Numbered from the whole stretch's first letter, positions 13,329 to 26,077 are shown. The stretch: DNA of 62,299 bases, filler included, from Sphacelaria rigidula (GCA_964200075.2; 9 parts of 9 records of this genome joined end to end with filler, not necessarily neighbours in it), one strand, 5' to 3'. Notes: a model not told the origin generated them from the sequence alone. Program-made: numbers and translations.

Positions 13329-13868
13329 CTTTTGGGATTGAGACGAGGACCCTGCGGGAGCCTTGCAACGCAAATCGTGTGGTGGTGCGGGGTTACGCAG
13401 CGTGCTGCTGCTACGAGCGTCTCACACCCGCTGTCGCTTTCCGGTGGGTGTACCGGTGATCGAGAATAAACCTAGAGTCAAGTGTTCGGTGCATTGCTGT
13501 CCCCTCGATCTCGTGATCTTTTTTTTTTTGGTCGCGCCTTCGGAGTCGTGATTCCTTGCCGAGGATCGGGTTCGGGTTCGGATCTCTTCCTCCGAATGAA
13601 GCGGCGCCAGTCTAGCAGGTATCATCGTGTCCCGTTTGAGTTTCGAGCCGACTTTCCTCGAGCCAAAAATATCATGCTCCGTTGATCAGACAACCACGAC
13701 CAGAGATATCCATTGCCTACCCTGGGACAGTTGTTGTTGTTGTTGTTGTTGTCTTCACATTAAAAGCCNNNNNNNNNNNNNNNNNNNNNNNNNNNNNNNN
13801 NNNNNNNNNNNNTTAATTAATTAANNNNNNNNNNNNNNNNNNNNNNNNNNNNNNNNNNNNNNNNNNNN

Positions 13869-13938
13869 GGGGCGCACTCATTTGTTGCTTGCCTTAGTCG
13901 TTTGACCATTGACCACGCATCCCTTTCGAGACGGAGCA
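13869..13938 (-). mobile_element. Short C-tailed interspersed element (copy)
   Basis: gcgcactcatttgttgcttgccttagtcgtttgaccattgaccacgcatccctttcgagacggagca is shared with ~19390, ~19650, 20803 and 42772. Confidence 0.8.
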
Positions 13939-13939
13939 A

Positions 13940-14190
13940 CGAGGGGGTGATAGGGGGGGGGGGATAATTGATTGCACGGAAAAACATGCTCATAGATGTG
14001 TCAGACAACCTGTCACACTCCCGGTGCGCTTGTGTTTGGTTGAATTCGGTGTCAAACAGTATGAATGTGCCTTATTTATCTGTGACAAGCTCGTTCGAAC
14101 AACTGCGTCTGCTTTCGACGACGATTTGCCTGGGAATTTCGTGCAAGAAGTGGCCAAATACCCCCCCCCCTCCCCCCCTTTCGTAGGATG
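13940..14190. repeat. Interspersed repeat (second copy ~16420-16690; its end in reverse complement terminates contigs at 34500-34569 and 48378-48435)
   Basis: Shared tgattgcacg..cacactc.cggtgcgcttg..gttcgaacaac..gaagtgg..aaatac-polyC sequence. Confidence 0.7.
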
Positions 14191-14364
14191 ACTCCTCCCT
14201 TCCCCTCCCCCCCGCCCTCACCAACGCTCTTTTCTCGAGCAGCTTCCTTGCATATATTGGGAATGTTTTCCTCTTTTACCCGTTCGATGCAGCACAAATG
14301 TCCGCGCTTCCAACGTGTGATAGACTGCAGCTGGATCCGCGCTGAGAATCACTTCATATGCGAC

Positions 14365-14680
14365 AATCAACCAATCAACCAGCAAGCAAGTAAGCAAGCA
14401 AGCAAGCGCAAGCGAGTAAGCAACCAACCAACCAATGAACCAGTCAACCAACCAACAAGCCAATCAGCCAACCAACCAGACAACCAACGAATGAATCAAC
14501 CAAAGCAACCAATCATGCCAATCAGCCCCCCAAACCAAACCAAACCAAACCAACCGATCAAGTCAACCAAATCAATCAAATCAACCAACCAACTAACGAA
14601 ATCAACCGATAAAGTCAACCATATCAACCAAATCAGCTAAGCACCCAACCAACCGACCAACCGACCAACCGACCAAGGTT
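14365..14680. repeat. Degenerate (CAAC/CAAT/CAAG)n microsatellite
   Basis: Direct inspection. Confidence 0.9.
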
Positions 14681-15392
14681 CGACGAATAATCTCTGGTTC
14701 GAATAACCAAATCTACGATTTCTGAGGCCTGATTGCTCCAAAGAGAGAAACAACTTGACGGCGGATCGAAAAATGTCTTTCCGCGAATATTGCGCTATTC
14801 CACGTGCCCGGGGTGGGTGAGCCTAGGGTGCACCTCTGAAAACAAAGCCCAAAGATCGATTTGTACGGTGCGAGTCAATCACACTAAAAAGCATGAAATT
14901 TTCAGACGAATTATTGTTGGCCCGACCGACCATTGAAATCGACGAACCAAACCAACCAAACCCATCGACCAGGTGTTCGTCTCACTCCACGACCGTGGAT
15001 GGACGCATTTTTCGCTTCCTTGCTTACCGCAGCATCGGAGCTCCCCAAAAAATCCGCTTCCGCAACGGATCTCCTGATGAAATGCTCGGCGTTATTCGCA
15101 AGTAGCTCCAGTCCGGCCTCTCCGCTTCGAACCACAGGCATCTCCAGGGTCTGTGTGCGTGTTTTGCGAAAGGGCCAATGATGATAGAATAGACAAATAC
15201 AGCACATATACAGCATATACACAGCACATACGAAACACACACGCACACAAGACACAGATGAGATTTTTCCGGTTTTTTCGAACCACCGGCTTCTCCGGGA
15301 TCTCTTGTACGGATCTTTTGAGGCAAATGTGATGAAATTAGCACATACAGCACATACAGCCCATGCAAGGAGTACGAATCAGGCCAATTTTC

Positions 15393-15870
15393 CGAGGTGG
15401 AGTTACCCTAGTTCGTTACCAAAATATCCATGGCTGACACTTTTTTTATTAACGCTAGTGCTAAGGCCAACGCCAAGGCTAAGGTTAAGGCTAGGGTTAA
15501 GGTTGAGGCCAAGGCCGAGGCCGAGGCTAAGGCTAAGGCTAAGGCTAAGGCTAAGGCTAAGGCTAAGGCTAAGGCTAAGGCTAAGGCTAAGGCTAAGGCT
15601 AAGGCTAAGGCTAAGGTCAAGGCTAGTAAGGCTAAGAGTAAGTGGAAGGGTAAGGGTAAGGTCAAGGGTAAGGCTAATGGGGGAAAGGGAACGTGCAAAG
15701 GGTGACCCAGGCAAAGTGTGCGATGGCAGACCTCAAGTCAGCGCCTACGGCGCCGACTCCGACAAAAACGCACCAGGAGCACTCGAGACGGTCAGTCCCA
15801 CTCAAGATCCGAACATTTGGTGTTTACACCTAATAAATCAAGTAATATCAGCCATAAGTAACTTCGAGGC
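15393..15870 (+). mobile_element. Telomere-hexamer MITE-like element with an expanded (GGCTAA)n array
   Basis: Family core ggcaaagtgtgcg..gcagacctcaa..gcgcc..ggcgccga..gacaaaaacgc, preceded by ~200 bp of (GCTAAG)n and variants at ~15470-15680. Confidence 0.75.
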
Positions 15871-15974
15871 GAGCTGGGCTGAAGCTCTACTGCATTTTAC
15901 CCTCCCTTTCTTTGAGCCACCAGCATATATTCCCACGGTTCTGCTTTTTGTTTTTTTGTCGCACTTTGAACTTC

Positions 15975-16248
15975 TTTCCTTCCTCGGGACGAGTCCGTGG
16001 TCTCAAGGGATCATCCCATCCCTCCCCCGGTACACGCCTTGCATTTTCATCTCGCGGATTGGGTCAGCACTCCCGCACCGCGTCAACTCACGTCAAACAA
16101 ACCCAGTCGACTACTTCGTTAACTCACGTTCTCACGCTTTCCACGGTGGAAATTAGATATTACGAAGAAAAAAACCAACGCATCGGGAATCGAACCCTCG
16201 TTCTCTCCACCCCAATAGCGATAGTCGCACCATTACACCACCGGGGCG
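15975..16248 (-). mobile_element. tRNA-derived SINE, family B
   Basis: Minus-strand head gccccggTGGTGTAATGG...GGTTCGATTCCC (A/B boxes). Near-full second copy at ~29835-30130 and partial copies at ~21230-21300 and ~36470-36550. Confidence 0.8.
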
Positions 16249-16653
16249 CTATGCTTCCGGGGTATTCTGCGAAAATAATCAACAAAATGAACGCGTACAA
16301 AAAGATACGACACACACAGCACAACAAATGACATAAAGAGTCAGGCAGGAAATTTCTCCGTTTCAAACCAACGTTTTCCGCGGTATGTGTGTACATATTT
16401 CGCGATGAGGTGATGATTGACGGGGGTCATGCTGCGATAGGTGCGGGGGGTGTTTGATTGCACGAAAAAAAGACTCATCGTAGGTGTGTCATATGACCTA
16501 ACACACTCGCGGTGCGCTTGCATTTTGGTACAAACGGTGTCAGGCAGTGTGAGTGAGTGTTTTTTTCATCAATAGCAAGCGCGTTCGAACAACCGTTGCT
16601 GCTCTTAACGACGATTTGAAGCGGCATTGCATAAAAGAAGTGGTCCGAAATAC

Positions 16654-16694
<41 letters not shown>

Positions 16695-17684
16695 ACCCCC
16701 GCCCCTCCCTCACCTCCCCACCAACNNNNNNNNNNTCGGACAATACGGGTTGGCTCGTACACCGTTTCCGGGCGGCTAGCATAAAAAAAAAGTCCGCTCA
16801 TTTCTCCCCCCCCCCCCCCCCCCCCTGTCGTACAATGCATCATTGATTGTCGCACTTTAACTGATGTGGCGGCGACCCAGCCGTGGTCATACGATAGGCG
16901 TACCCAGGAAAAAAGCAAAGCGGAGAACACTCGCTGAAGAAAAGTGAAGGAAAAAAAAAACAGAAAAAAGAACGGAAAAACAAAAACGATGCACGAGAAA
17001 TTATGAACACATGAAATCTTCACGTATACGTATTGCAACCGTCACTGTTCTTTTTCCCTAGTAATTGCTGACTTCCATGCACCCCACTCCCCCGAGGTGG
17101 AGTGTTGTCATGTGGTGCTTTTCCTGTTATACCCAGTATATTCGTACACATGGCTGTCCCTCTACAGGTACCAAGATAGAATCCTGTGATTCTTATTGCT
17201 ATGGCTTGTGATCTTGGTCCCTGAGTTGGGCTCCCTTCTTGTTTGGCTTCGCGTGTTGAGTGGACCAATGGCCCAACCTCCAGTAGCCCGAATGGTCTCA
17301 TGCGGCATCGGAATTTAGGAGGCTAGCAGTGATGCTCGTTCTAGTTTCCTTTTTTTTTTGTGGAAAGGTGATTGCTTCACAGAAACTTGTGGAATTTGTC
17401 CCTTCTATGTGGTGGTACCCACATCCCCCGTCACATGAACCTCTTGGAGATTTTGTAGAAATAACCTTTTGCGCCGGCTAGCGGTTGGAACCTTGCCTTT
17501 TCATATCCATTTCTTCTTCTTGTGTTGGATCACCCAACCAACAATCGCCGCAGGACATGTTTCGTGGGTTGTGAACTCTGCTTCAGAGGGTATCCACCAT
17601 TTTTCTGGCTCCCACCATTTTGGTGGGGTCCGCGATTTGAACCCGGGACTTTCTGTTCGCGAAGCGTACGAGCTATCTCATGAT

Positions 17685-17945
17685 GACTAATGCCGAGATA
17701 GCCCCCCCCCCCACAAAAAGTGCATCTGATACCGTCCGACAAACCGGCTGCGATCCCCCTATTTGGCTCGTTTGCAGCAATTTCGCCCACATGAAAGGCG
17801 TGTAGCAGTCCGAAATCAGCTATAACGCCCAAATGAGTCGCTTCGTGCAGCACGAAACCAGCTCTAACGGCATTTACGATCATCGCCTCCGTGCACTTTT
17901 TGGGCTGGTTCGGGGGAGGAGGGGAGGGCTATTTCGGCAGCAGTC
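17685..17945. mobile_element. MITE with GACT(GC/AA)TGCCGA(G/A)ATAGCCC terminal inverted repeats
   Basis: gactaatgccgagatagccc...agggctatttcggcagcagtc. An inverted, truncated copy lies at ~44251-44480. Confidence 0.8.
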
Positions 17946-18536
17946 TTGTGTCGCCAGTGTGAAAAGGTGATTCCTTGACAAGACACTTGTGAGAATACGT
18001 CCCTTCCATATGATGGTTCCACATTTTTTATTTGTTTTTTCTATCATTATTTAAATTTTATTCGTTTTTCTTCTTCGCGTACTCGTATCGCGTCTGTTCG
18101 CATTCTTCCGGGTCCGTTTTTTTCTCTCTTGTTGGGGGTAATTAGCCTGTGACCATGGAAGGCGTCCGCATCAGGTGCCGAGTACAGATTACTGGACAGA
18201 TATCGGAACGGTTTTTTTAAATAAAGACAACACAGCAACACAACACACTAAACAGCAGGTCGAAAGCACACACGACAGGACCAACAATGGTTGGTTGATA
18301 AAATCAAAATAAACTTTACGGTGTGTATGATCGGTATGATGATTCCTTCCACGACAAGAATTGACGTGTCGACACAAAAAACGTGCGAGCAAAGAAAAGA
18401 TTTCTGTGTGTACAGTACACAAGCCAGGTATGGAAATAAAAAAAATATAAAAAAAAATTTGCCCCGCACACTTATCGGAAAATGAAACAATAAAATACAG
18501 CGACAGCAGCGAGTTCACGCACCCATCCAGTAGAGC

Positions 18537-18838
18537 ACCACTTGGTAGGGGTTTGTTAGTCCGACTTGGCTTTAGTGTGGACACCGAAATCCGGATCTTT
18601 AATGGGGGATGTGTTCCTACCGTGCTCCTAGCGTGCGCAGAACGCGTTATTTTTGTCAAAATCGGCGCCTGGGGCGCCGATTTAAGGTCTGGCAACGCAC
18701 ACTGTGCTTCGGGAACACTTTGCACCCCCCTTGCTCGAGGGTTCTTGGTATGCCTTCGTTGGGGTGAGGGTAAGGATTCGGGTAAAAATTACTCGAAATT
18801 TCTCACCCCTACAATACCAAATGGTGAACTAACCTCCA
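18537..18838 (-). mobile_element. Telomere-hexamer MITE-like element (copy)
   Basis: Same core as 34133-34498, including the aaatcggcgcc-tgg-ggcgccgattt hairpin at ~18659-18683. Confidence 0.8.
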
Positions 18839-18951
18839 CCCATCCTGTTCTTCTAAATACAACATATTTGGACATCATGAACTTATATGTATACTCAAAG
18901 TGCGAGGTCCTTTGTAACATTCTTGGAATATTGTTGTGGGGTGTTTACTGA

Positions 18952-18992
<41 letters not shown>

Positions 18993-19369
18993 GGAGAGAT
19001 ATTTTCATTCGTTCAAAACGAGGAAGAAAAAAAAAAGAGAAGAAAAAAAAAAGATCCGAGCACCTCGCGGGCACTCGTGGTCAAACCGATCGACACCAAC
19101 CTATTTACCACCCAAGGACCGTATCACTCCAGAAAACGGGTACACATTCAAATAACTCGATGCTGACATCACGAAAATAGCACGACACATAGAGAGAAAG
19201 AGAAAGAGAGAGAGAAAGAGAGAGAGAGGAAAACTATCGATGGTGCTTACATCTGGTGACGTCGGCCATCGCAACAGTCCCGTGACGACTCCTTCATCGT
19301 CCTTAGGTCCCATTCCAGCCATGGTGCAGCACATGGAAGGAAGCGACAGTTACCATACGAGAAGGGGAC

Positions 19370-19862
19370 GAAGGAGGGGGGTGAGGGGGGGGGGGAGAGC
19401 GTACTCATTTTTTGCTTGCCTTAGTCGTTTGGTCATTGACCGCGCATCCCTTTCGAGACGGAGCACCGTTAATACTCCTGATAGAGACACCTCCAACATT
19501 TAGGTGCTCATAACGTTTCTTCCATACATTACACAAAAACCTTTGAAGTGTCTTATCCCCGTCCTGTTTCGCCGTCTGTGGCTACCATTTATCTCTTAGT
19601 ATGGAGGGGGGGGGGGATGTGAGATAATCAATCAATCATGGAGAGGGGAGGAGGGGGGCGTACCCATTTGTTGCTTGCCTTAGTCGCTTGGCCATTGACC
19701 ACGCATCCCTTTCGAGGCGGAGCATCGTTCCCACTTCTAATAGAGATACCTCCAACATTCCGGCGCTCGTTACGTTTCTTCCATACATCACACGAAAATC
19801 GTTTACATATCATATCCCCATCCTGTTTCGCTGTCTGTGGCTACCATCTATCTCCTAGTATA
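19370..19862 (-). mobile_element. Two tandem longer copies (~230 bp) of the C-tailed element
   Basis: ~19370-19600 and ~19640-19862 align with each other, including sequence beyond the gagca point where the short copies stop. Confidence 0.75.
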
Positions 19863-20184
19863 GCCATCGTTTTCTCCCTACTGTTTAATGCATCAAACGA
19901 TTTCATGCTATCTTCGCTCACGTCCCGTATTTCCCCCTCTAGCACGTCGTGTTCCAGTTTATCAAAAAAATGTCCACAGTTCGACTCGATTGTCACGGAT
20001 TTTTGTTTTTAAAGAAGTTTCGGACCGGTGTCTCTTCACGTTGGAGGGGGAGGAACACTAATATGTAATTTTTTTCCAAGTTTGCGGTCTTTTTTGGAAA
20101 ACAGTAGCGCGCACTGTATAAACCATGTACACCCTGGACAATATATGGTCACTAGATGCAATAAACTAAAAATGTACCGGGTAA

Positions 20185-20500
20185 GAGGTGTGTTTGCCAC
20201 TTGGTCGATGAAGGAATTTCTCCGGAACATATACTTTTTATCAACGCTAACCCTAACCCTAACCCCAACCCAAGGCGTACCGAGAACCCTCGGGCGAGAG
20301 GGGTGCGAAGCATTCTCTAGGCAAAGTGTGGCGTTGGCAGACCTCAAAGCGGCGCCGCAAGTGCCGATTTTGACGACAACGCGTTCTGCGCACGCGAGGG
20401 GCAGTTGGGGCCGTCAGCCCTGCTAAATATCCGAATATTTGTTTTTACACTCAAACCAAGTAATGGCATCCGGGAAGGTTCTAATCGCCGAAGTGGTAAA
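20185..20500 (+). mobile_element. Telomere-hexamer MITE-like element (copy)
   Basis: ctaaccctaaccctaacccc followed by the family core and diverged inverted ends. Confidence 0.75.
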
Positions 20501-20934
20501 CACGACTGCTGGGTAAAGTGTAGAGTCTAGGCCTATTGCAACTATTCACACGCCAGACGGGTCACCTTCTATGGGATGCGGGTCAAACAGCTCAAGTGTG
20601 AACACACCTGTGGAACTACTCGGAATAAAATATACGTACTTCATGTTCCATATGCCCTCTGTGACCACGGGTTCGCAAGATCGGACCAATGTGTGGAAAA
20701 TANNNNNNNNNNNNNNNNNNNNNNNNNNNNNNNNNNNNNNNNNNNNTTAATTAATTAANNNNNNNNNNNNNNNNNNNNNNNNNNNNNNNNNNNNNNNNNN
20801 NNCCGTCTCGAAAGTGATACGCTATCAATTGACAAACGACTAAGGCAAAAAACAAATGCGTACCCCCCCCCCCCCCCAGATTAGAGTTCTATTGAAGCGG
20901 CGGAGAGCATTTCTCGAGTAGTACATTGATAGGA

Positions 20935-21100
20935 AGAGCACTCGAGTCATTGCTCGTTGTGAAAAAAAAAAAACGACTAGAGCACACGAGTCACTGCTCG
21001 TTGCGAAAAAAAATATGACTCGAGCAACGAGTCACTGCTCGTTGTGAAAAACTGAATGACTCGAGCACACGAGTCATTCTCGTTGTATTTTAAAAACATC
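20935..21100. repeat. ~42-bp tandem repeat (4 copies; gagcacacgagtcactgctcgttgtgaaaaa)
   Basis: Direct inspection. The unit has an internal gagca..tgctc inverted repeat. Confidence 0.85.
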
Positions 21101-21414
21101 AACGAGTGCACTCGTTTCGACGACTCATGACTCGTCCGACGTGTGAAAAGTTGAAAAAATCTCGTGACTCGGCTGGAATCTGCTTTTCATGTCCGGGTAC
21201 ATATAATATATATATATATCATCACACTTCCAACTCATGCCCTTCCCCGGGACGATTCCGTGGTGTCAGGGGATCCAGCTACGTATCCCCCGGTTTTCAT
21301 GGATGAACATATTGCCTCTTGCGGCACGAATTTTGTACCCGTTTCGTTTTTTTTTCCTCAGTTTAAGGGCTGAAGCACGTGTATGAGCGACTTCTCCCGT
21401 TTGACTTCTTGTAC

Positions 21415-21535
21415 CTTTCTGCGGTCCTCCGCATATTTCTCCTTGAGCCGCTGGGTCGCCTCCATGATCTCCATATAGTCCGCGTCGGGTGTTACCCCAA
21501 GCGTGCGGTACAGCTCCGCTCCTTCCGTGCGGCGT
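21415..21535 (-). CDS. CPP1: CPP1/CDF1-like (chaperone-like protein of POR1, DUF3353) J-like protein, exon 3
   Basis: aag|A...AAG|gtac exon translating RRTEGAELYRTLGVTPDADYMEIMEATQRLKEKYAEDRRK. It matches the CPP1 N-terminal Y..LG...DA...EI......L...Y..D pattern, has no HPD motif, and is phase-consistent with exon 2. Confidence 0.8.
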
Positions 21536-23017
21536 CTTCAAAATCGATCGCGTCACGGCAAAAAGAACACACACGCACACGCACACGCACACGCACACGC
21601 ACACGCACACGCACACACACACACACACATGACACGCGTTAAAAAATGTGTAAATATCTGTTTGAACATCAAATGTCATGATTATTTGAGTGGCTTCTGA
21701 ACAAAGTGTCAATCGTATCTCATAGAAACAAGTCTCCAGAGGAACAAAGACCTTCGGACGCCCATGATGTCTGTTTTGAGACCTCCATCTCCCTGACCTC
21801 CCCCCTCCCCCCCCCTCGAGGTTATGGAGGATGGTTTCTATAGGCGTGATTAGGCACTATATGGACATGGGCGATGGGCAAGTGGAGAAAAAAACATAAC
21901 TTGTAGTCAATGTGCGTGCAGCAGCATTCCTCCATGGTTTGCGGAAGAGGATGCACGATGCCCTCGTTCATGCAGCATGTCCCTGTATGTCCAGTAGTAG
22001 GTGAATTGATATAAAAATTGTCACTTATGTCTCACGCGTAGACGACTTTTATAGGAGCAGCCTCTGAAAAAAGTTAGGTGACCTCTATAAAGTATATCTC
22101 CTTCTTCCACACGCTTATTCCTCACAGGTTCAACTGCTGTCTCGACATCTTCGTAGATTGCATGACCACATGTACTGCGGGCGTGATCACCGTGATACTG
22201 TTTCGTTGCACAGTACCATGTCTACGACGGCAATATGTTGTCGGCTGTGGGCTATGCACGAGTAACTATGGCATGTGGCACATGCGTGGCAACGGCATCC
22301 TTTTATGTAGGTGTCGTCTCATCTACCGAACACAACGGTTGCGAAAATATCTCGCACACCCGTCCGCCGAGCGTCCAACTGGGTTCCAAGCGTTCAAAGG
22401 AACAATGATGATGCGCCCACCTCACTGCCGGGTGTCGAAAATGTTGGCGTTGTGAAGTTGTTGACGCTGTAAAAGATTTCAGAGATCGGCACAAGGTAGT
22501 GATCATAGGAAGCTACCCGCCATCACGAAGGAGGGTACACAAGATGGAAAGGCCTGATCTTGAAATAAAGTAAAAAATCGCCGTGCAAACACGGTCAATT
22601 GAAGACCGCACGTTAGGTCCTTGTCCAATACATATTTCCAAGTGCTGGGAAATAAGACAGTGCAGCATATGAATTAGAAAAAAGACACGAAACCTGACAT
22701 CAATGTACAACAAACACTTCTTCATGGTCGATCTCTCTGCACTACTTAAACGTTTCGAAAGTGAAAAATATACCGAAAAAAATATGGGGGGTGGCATCCA
22801 GTCGCCAAGGATTCCCAGCCTAGGCTTTTCTGAGAACGCAAGTGCTTCTGGCGCCGGTACCCGTTCCTTTGAAAACATATTATCGAGATTTCATCATTTA
22901 CGAGGTCTGTCGGCACCTCAAGGTCTTCTCGGCGGACAAAATTAAGGGTGAAGAATTCATCACCGAGGAGGGGGGGCGGGGGGTGATATCTGCAGTAGTG
23001 TACGCCTAGGGTAGTAC

Positions 23018-23153
23018 CTTTGAGCACCGCCACGTGTAGATTTGGAAGAGAAAATGCTCTTCAGCGGTCCAGGGATTGCGTCCGCTAGTCCCATAGTCAC
23101 CGCTGTGCGTTGTCTCGGCGCCGCAGTGCTCGACGCTGTGCTACCGAACCCAC
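23018..23153 (-). CDS. CPP1: CPP1-like gene, exon 2 (transit-peptide region)
   Basis: Pyrimidine tract and tgcag acceptor, AG|gtacta donor, phase 1-2. Translates the S/T/R-rich GFGSTASSTAAPRQRTAVTMGLADAIPGPLKSIFSSKSTRGGAQ(R). Confidence 0.8.
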
Positions 23154-25011
23154 CTGCATTGAGGGGGGAGAAACGCGCGTTGCCACATATTAATTGCATA
23201 ATTACGACATGCGTTCAATACACTTGTCATAAGTTATATGGGTGAGGTCAAAATCAGGCATTTTCAAGTTTTTCCTCGTGATAATTCGAGTTTTCCAATT
23301 TTTGCAACCCGTGAATAGGCCGCCCTATGTGGCAAACGAGATTAAAAATACGGAAAACTGCCTTTTTTGGAGCTCCTGCGTCGCTTGACACCCTAAAAGA
23401 GAACTACTAGGCTGATATGAGCACCTAAACGCCTTACTGTACTTGTTGAGACGGTTCCGGCACATCTGTGCGTTCCTTTATTGGCCGCAGTGTTCTCTTG
23501 CCGAAACTTACATTTTTCGCGGAGACAGCGTGCAATAGAAGCGGTCTTATGGGTTCGAATGATTTTTTATTCATGTTTGTTAACCTTAGACCGGGAGGGG
23601 AGTCCACCTGGATCATGCTTACTTTTTTCAAGTGAAATGAATGCCAATTCAACACATGACCTGCTCTCGTTGTCTATGGATTACGTCATTTTTTTAGAGG
23701 CCGGAAATGGTTTGTCTAACCCTTAACCACTTGAATGGTACATAATGGTTTGGTCATCGAGCGGCGCAGCGTCGAGCCAAGAAGCCGCCCCCGGCAGAGG
23801 CGCCCCTGGAGGGCCCCACTGGAGACGCCGTGTCAGAGGTACGTTTTTACGCGATTTGGCTTCATCAGAGCTACAAAAAATACGTGAAATTTGAACCAGC
23901 TTTCAAGGGCTGTATGCATAGGTAGCCGGTAACGGTGAACAATGGTTTGTTTGAAACCATTACCCAAACATTTCATGTAATCATTACCATAATTACGATT
24001 ACAATGGTAATTGCGAGTTGTAACTGGTACCATTTCCGAGCTTCACAGTTTTATTTATTTTCAGGACAGGGCGTTCAAATAACTGTTGATAATCTCCCTT
24101 GCCTCTCAAAATCCTGGGATGGGGGGCATGTGCTCCTGGGACAAAAGTTGCGAGCCCCCTTCACGTACTACATTTGTACCGTGTTTCCGGCGCCTACGCT
24201 TTCGTGGCTTGTTGGATACCTAGTCAGGTTGAAACAACTGCCAGGGAGGACTTGCAATCCCGTAAATACACGACTCTCGAGGATCGATATACCGGCGTAA
24301 CAATAACCTCGAAAACCGGACAAGTACGGATGGTGAGTTCGCTAAGTCAAAGCTACGACTGAACGGCAACAATTACCTCAATGCAAAATACGTTGGCCTG
24401 TTGAATGATGCCGATGCCGCTCCCTCGCTCCCGCAAGTGATACTGTACTGTACAAGAGACCCAATTCATACATGCACCCCACACATGAGAGGATGGTCGG
24501 TCCATACCGTAAATAGAAGACAATCCAGTCCAGAACCGTGCATTGTGCGTTCGTTTCAAACACCGGACTACGACCATGGCCACAACAGATACCTACTAGT
24601 GTGAACTCGCACGAAATACACATAAACCATTACCGCAGCATTCAGCCCTCCCTCTCCCACTCCCTCCCCCCAGTACACCCTGGTGGTGATCAGCACCGCC
24701 ACATAACTCCCCCGTGTATGTAGTTGTATGCGTTTCATGTTTCCCAACACGCGTCAAGCTAGTGCAGCTTGGCAGAGTTTGTGTGGCGAAATGATTATGG
24801 CACAACTATATAGTAGAGTACAGAGCAAAAATACCTCAACAAGGCACAACCCCCCCCCCCCCCCCACCGTGATAAGTGTCCTCTGGAACCCCCTCCAACC
24901 CCCCTGCTTCAAGCAGTACCACACCAACTTTCAGCTGGCTCCCTATCGCACCACATGCCATCCATGCCGTTATGGATTACGCCAACCACGGCCCACCCGC
25001 CGTGTGCTCAC

Positions 25012-25120
25012 CTCCTACCCTTGCAGGTGACAAGGACGCCGGAGTGACCACGAAAGCGACGGTTGCTCCCGCGCTCAAAGCCATAGCCACCGAAATTAAT
25101 AATACCTGGGAGCGAGCCAT
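25012..25120 (-). CDS. CPP1: CPP1-like gene, exon 1 (signal peptide with ASAFAP-type cleavage)
   Basis: ATG at 25120, translating MARSQVLLISVAMALSAGATVA/FVVTPASLSPARVG. The G|gtgagc donor is phase 1 and joins exon 2 in frame. Confidence 0.82.
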
Positions 25121-25919
25121 ATCGGTATTTCGGGAGCCGAACAGCTAGGCTAGACTGTCAGCTGTGTACGCTGGATGGTTCAAGCAGAGACGTCTTTGCT
25201 TTTTGTATTCCAAGAACATTCGTAGATGGTAAATGTATTGGTAGGGTGGATGTAATATGATCATAGGTACCTGTTGGTCGGAATGTTCGACTCTACTTTC
25301 GTACAGCCTTCACGTACACATAGATATGCTCTGTACGTTCAGTGTGTGTAACAGAAAACATCTAGAAACGCGGCAAGAAATCGAACGTACCGTCCAGCGA
25401 AGGCACATTGAGGCAATCGCCTTGTGCATGTGCAAGTTCATGTATGAGCACAGCTGGGTAGGTCGAGAACGTTCTCAAGATTGTTCTAAATAAGGGTTTT
25501 CGGAATATTCAATAGAAAATGACCACACGACTTACATGTATCATTTCATTGCCCTCGTTGACTCGGCTGCTCAGGTACTCTGCACCGTCTGTTATCGAGG
25601 TAGTGGAGCTGCTGCTCGTACCTTGATCATACCTATACGTATAGCTGAGACCTATTCTTGAACTCTGTATATTCGGCGTATCACTGTATTCTTCAATAGG
25701 TGGTTTTACACAAAAGGCAGCACAACTCTGTAACTTCAAAAGTACATATCAGTCGGGTTACGGTAGTACAGGCAGGGCAGGCAGTACAGGAGAGACAGTA
25801 ATAGGCGAGGGGGTGTATTGAGCGGAGTAGTCACCCCTGCTGTCACTATTGTACTAGGCGAAGCGACGTGCTCAACTATGGTGGGCACTTCCGTGAAATC
25901 AAGCTTGAACAACAAGGAA
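25121..25919. promoter_or_regulatory. Putative bidirectional promoter/5'UTR region between divergent CPP1-like and DDX41-like genes
   Basis: Two start codons ~800 bp apart on opposite strands within one contig. No specific motif identified. Confidence 0.5.
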
Positions 25920-26077
25920 ATGTCTGATGCGAAGCTAGAGGCACTCGCCGGAGAAGATGATTCGTACGATGAATACGTGCCCCTAAAGGAGCGACGGCGT
26001 AGGGAGGCGGAGAGGCGAGCGGGGAAACTTGGAAAAAACAGGCGGGACCGGGAGCGTGAGATTTTGGAGCAGGAGAG
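25920..26077 (+). CDS. DDX41: DEAD-box RNA helicase DDX41/Abstrakt (RH35)-like, first exon
   Basis: MSDAKLEALAGEDDSYDEYVPLKERRRREAERRAGKLG... carries the DDX41/RH35 N-terminal DD.Y..YVPL..RR motif, followed by an AG|gtgcgc donor. An alternative in-frame ATG is at 25878. The helicase core is not in the contig. Confidence 0.72.

Noticed and set aside
15305..16156. 283-aa ORF with (RL)n and overlapping (AK)n ORFs
   Set aside because: Produced by the (GGCTAA)n microsatellite plus MITE and SINE sequence.
19278..19310. Peptide GPKDDEGVVTG (minus) resembles GPDDDQGVVTG at 59350-59382 (plus) with synonymous differences
   Set aside because: Only 11 codons with no flanking similarity. A rough estimate suggests a few such matches are expected by chance among six-frame pairs in 62 kb.
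20935..21100. CRISPR-like array of partly palindromic repeats
   Set aside because: The spacers are only ~13 bp, A-rich and similar to each other, there are no cas genes, and the context is eukaryotic. It is an ordinary tandem repeat.
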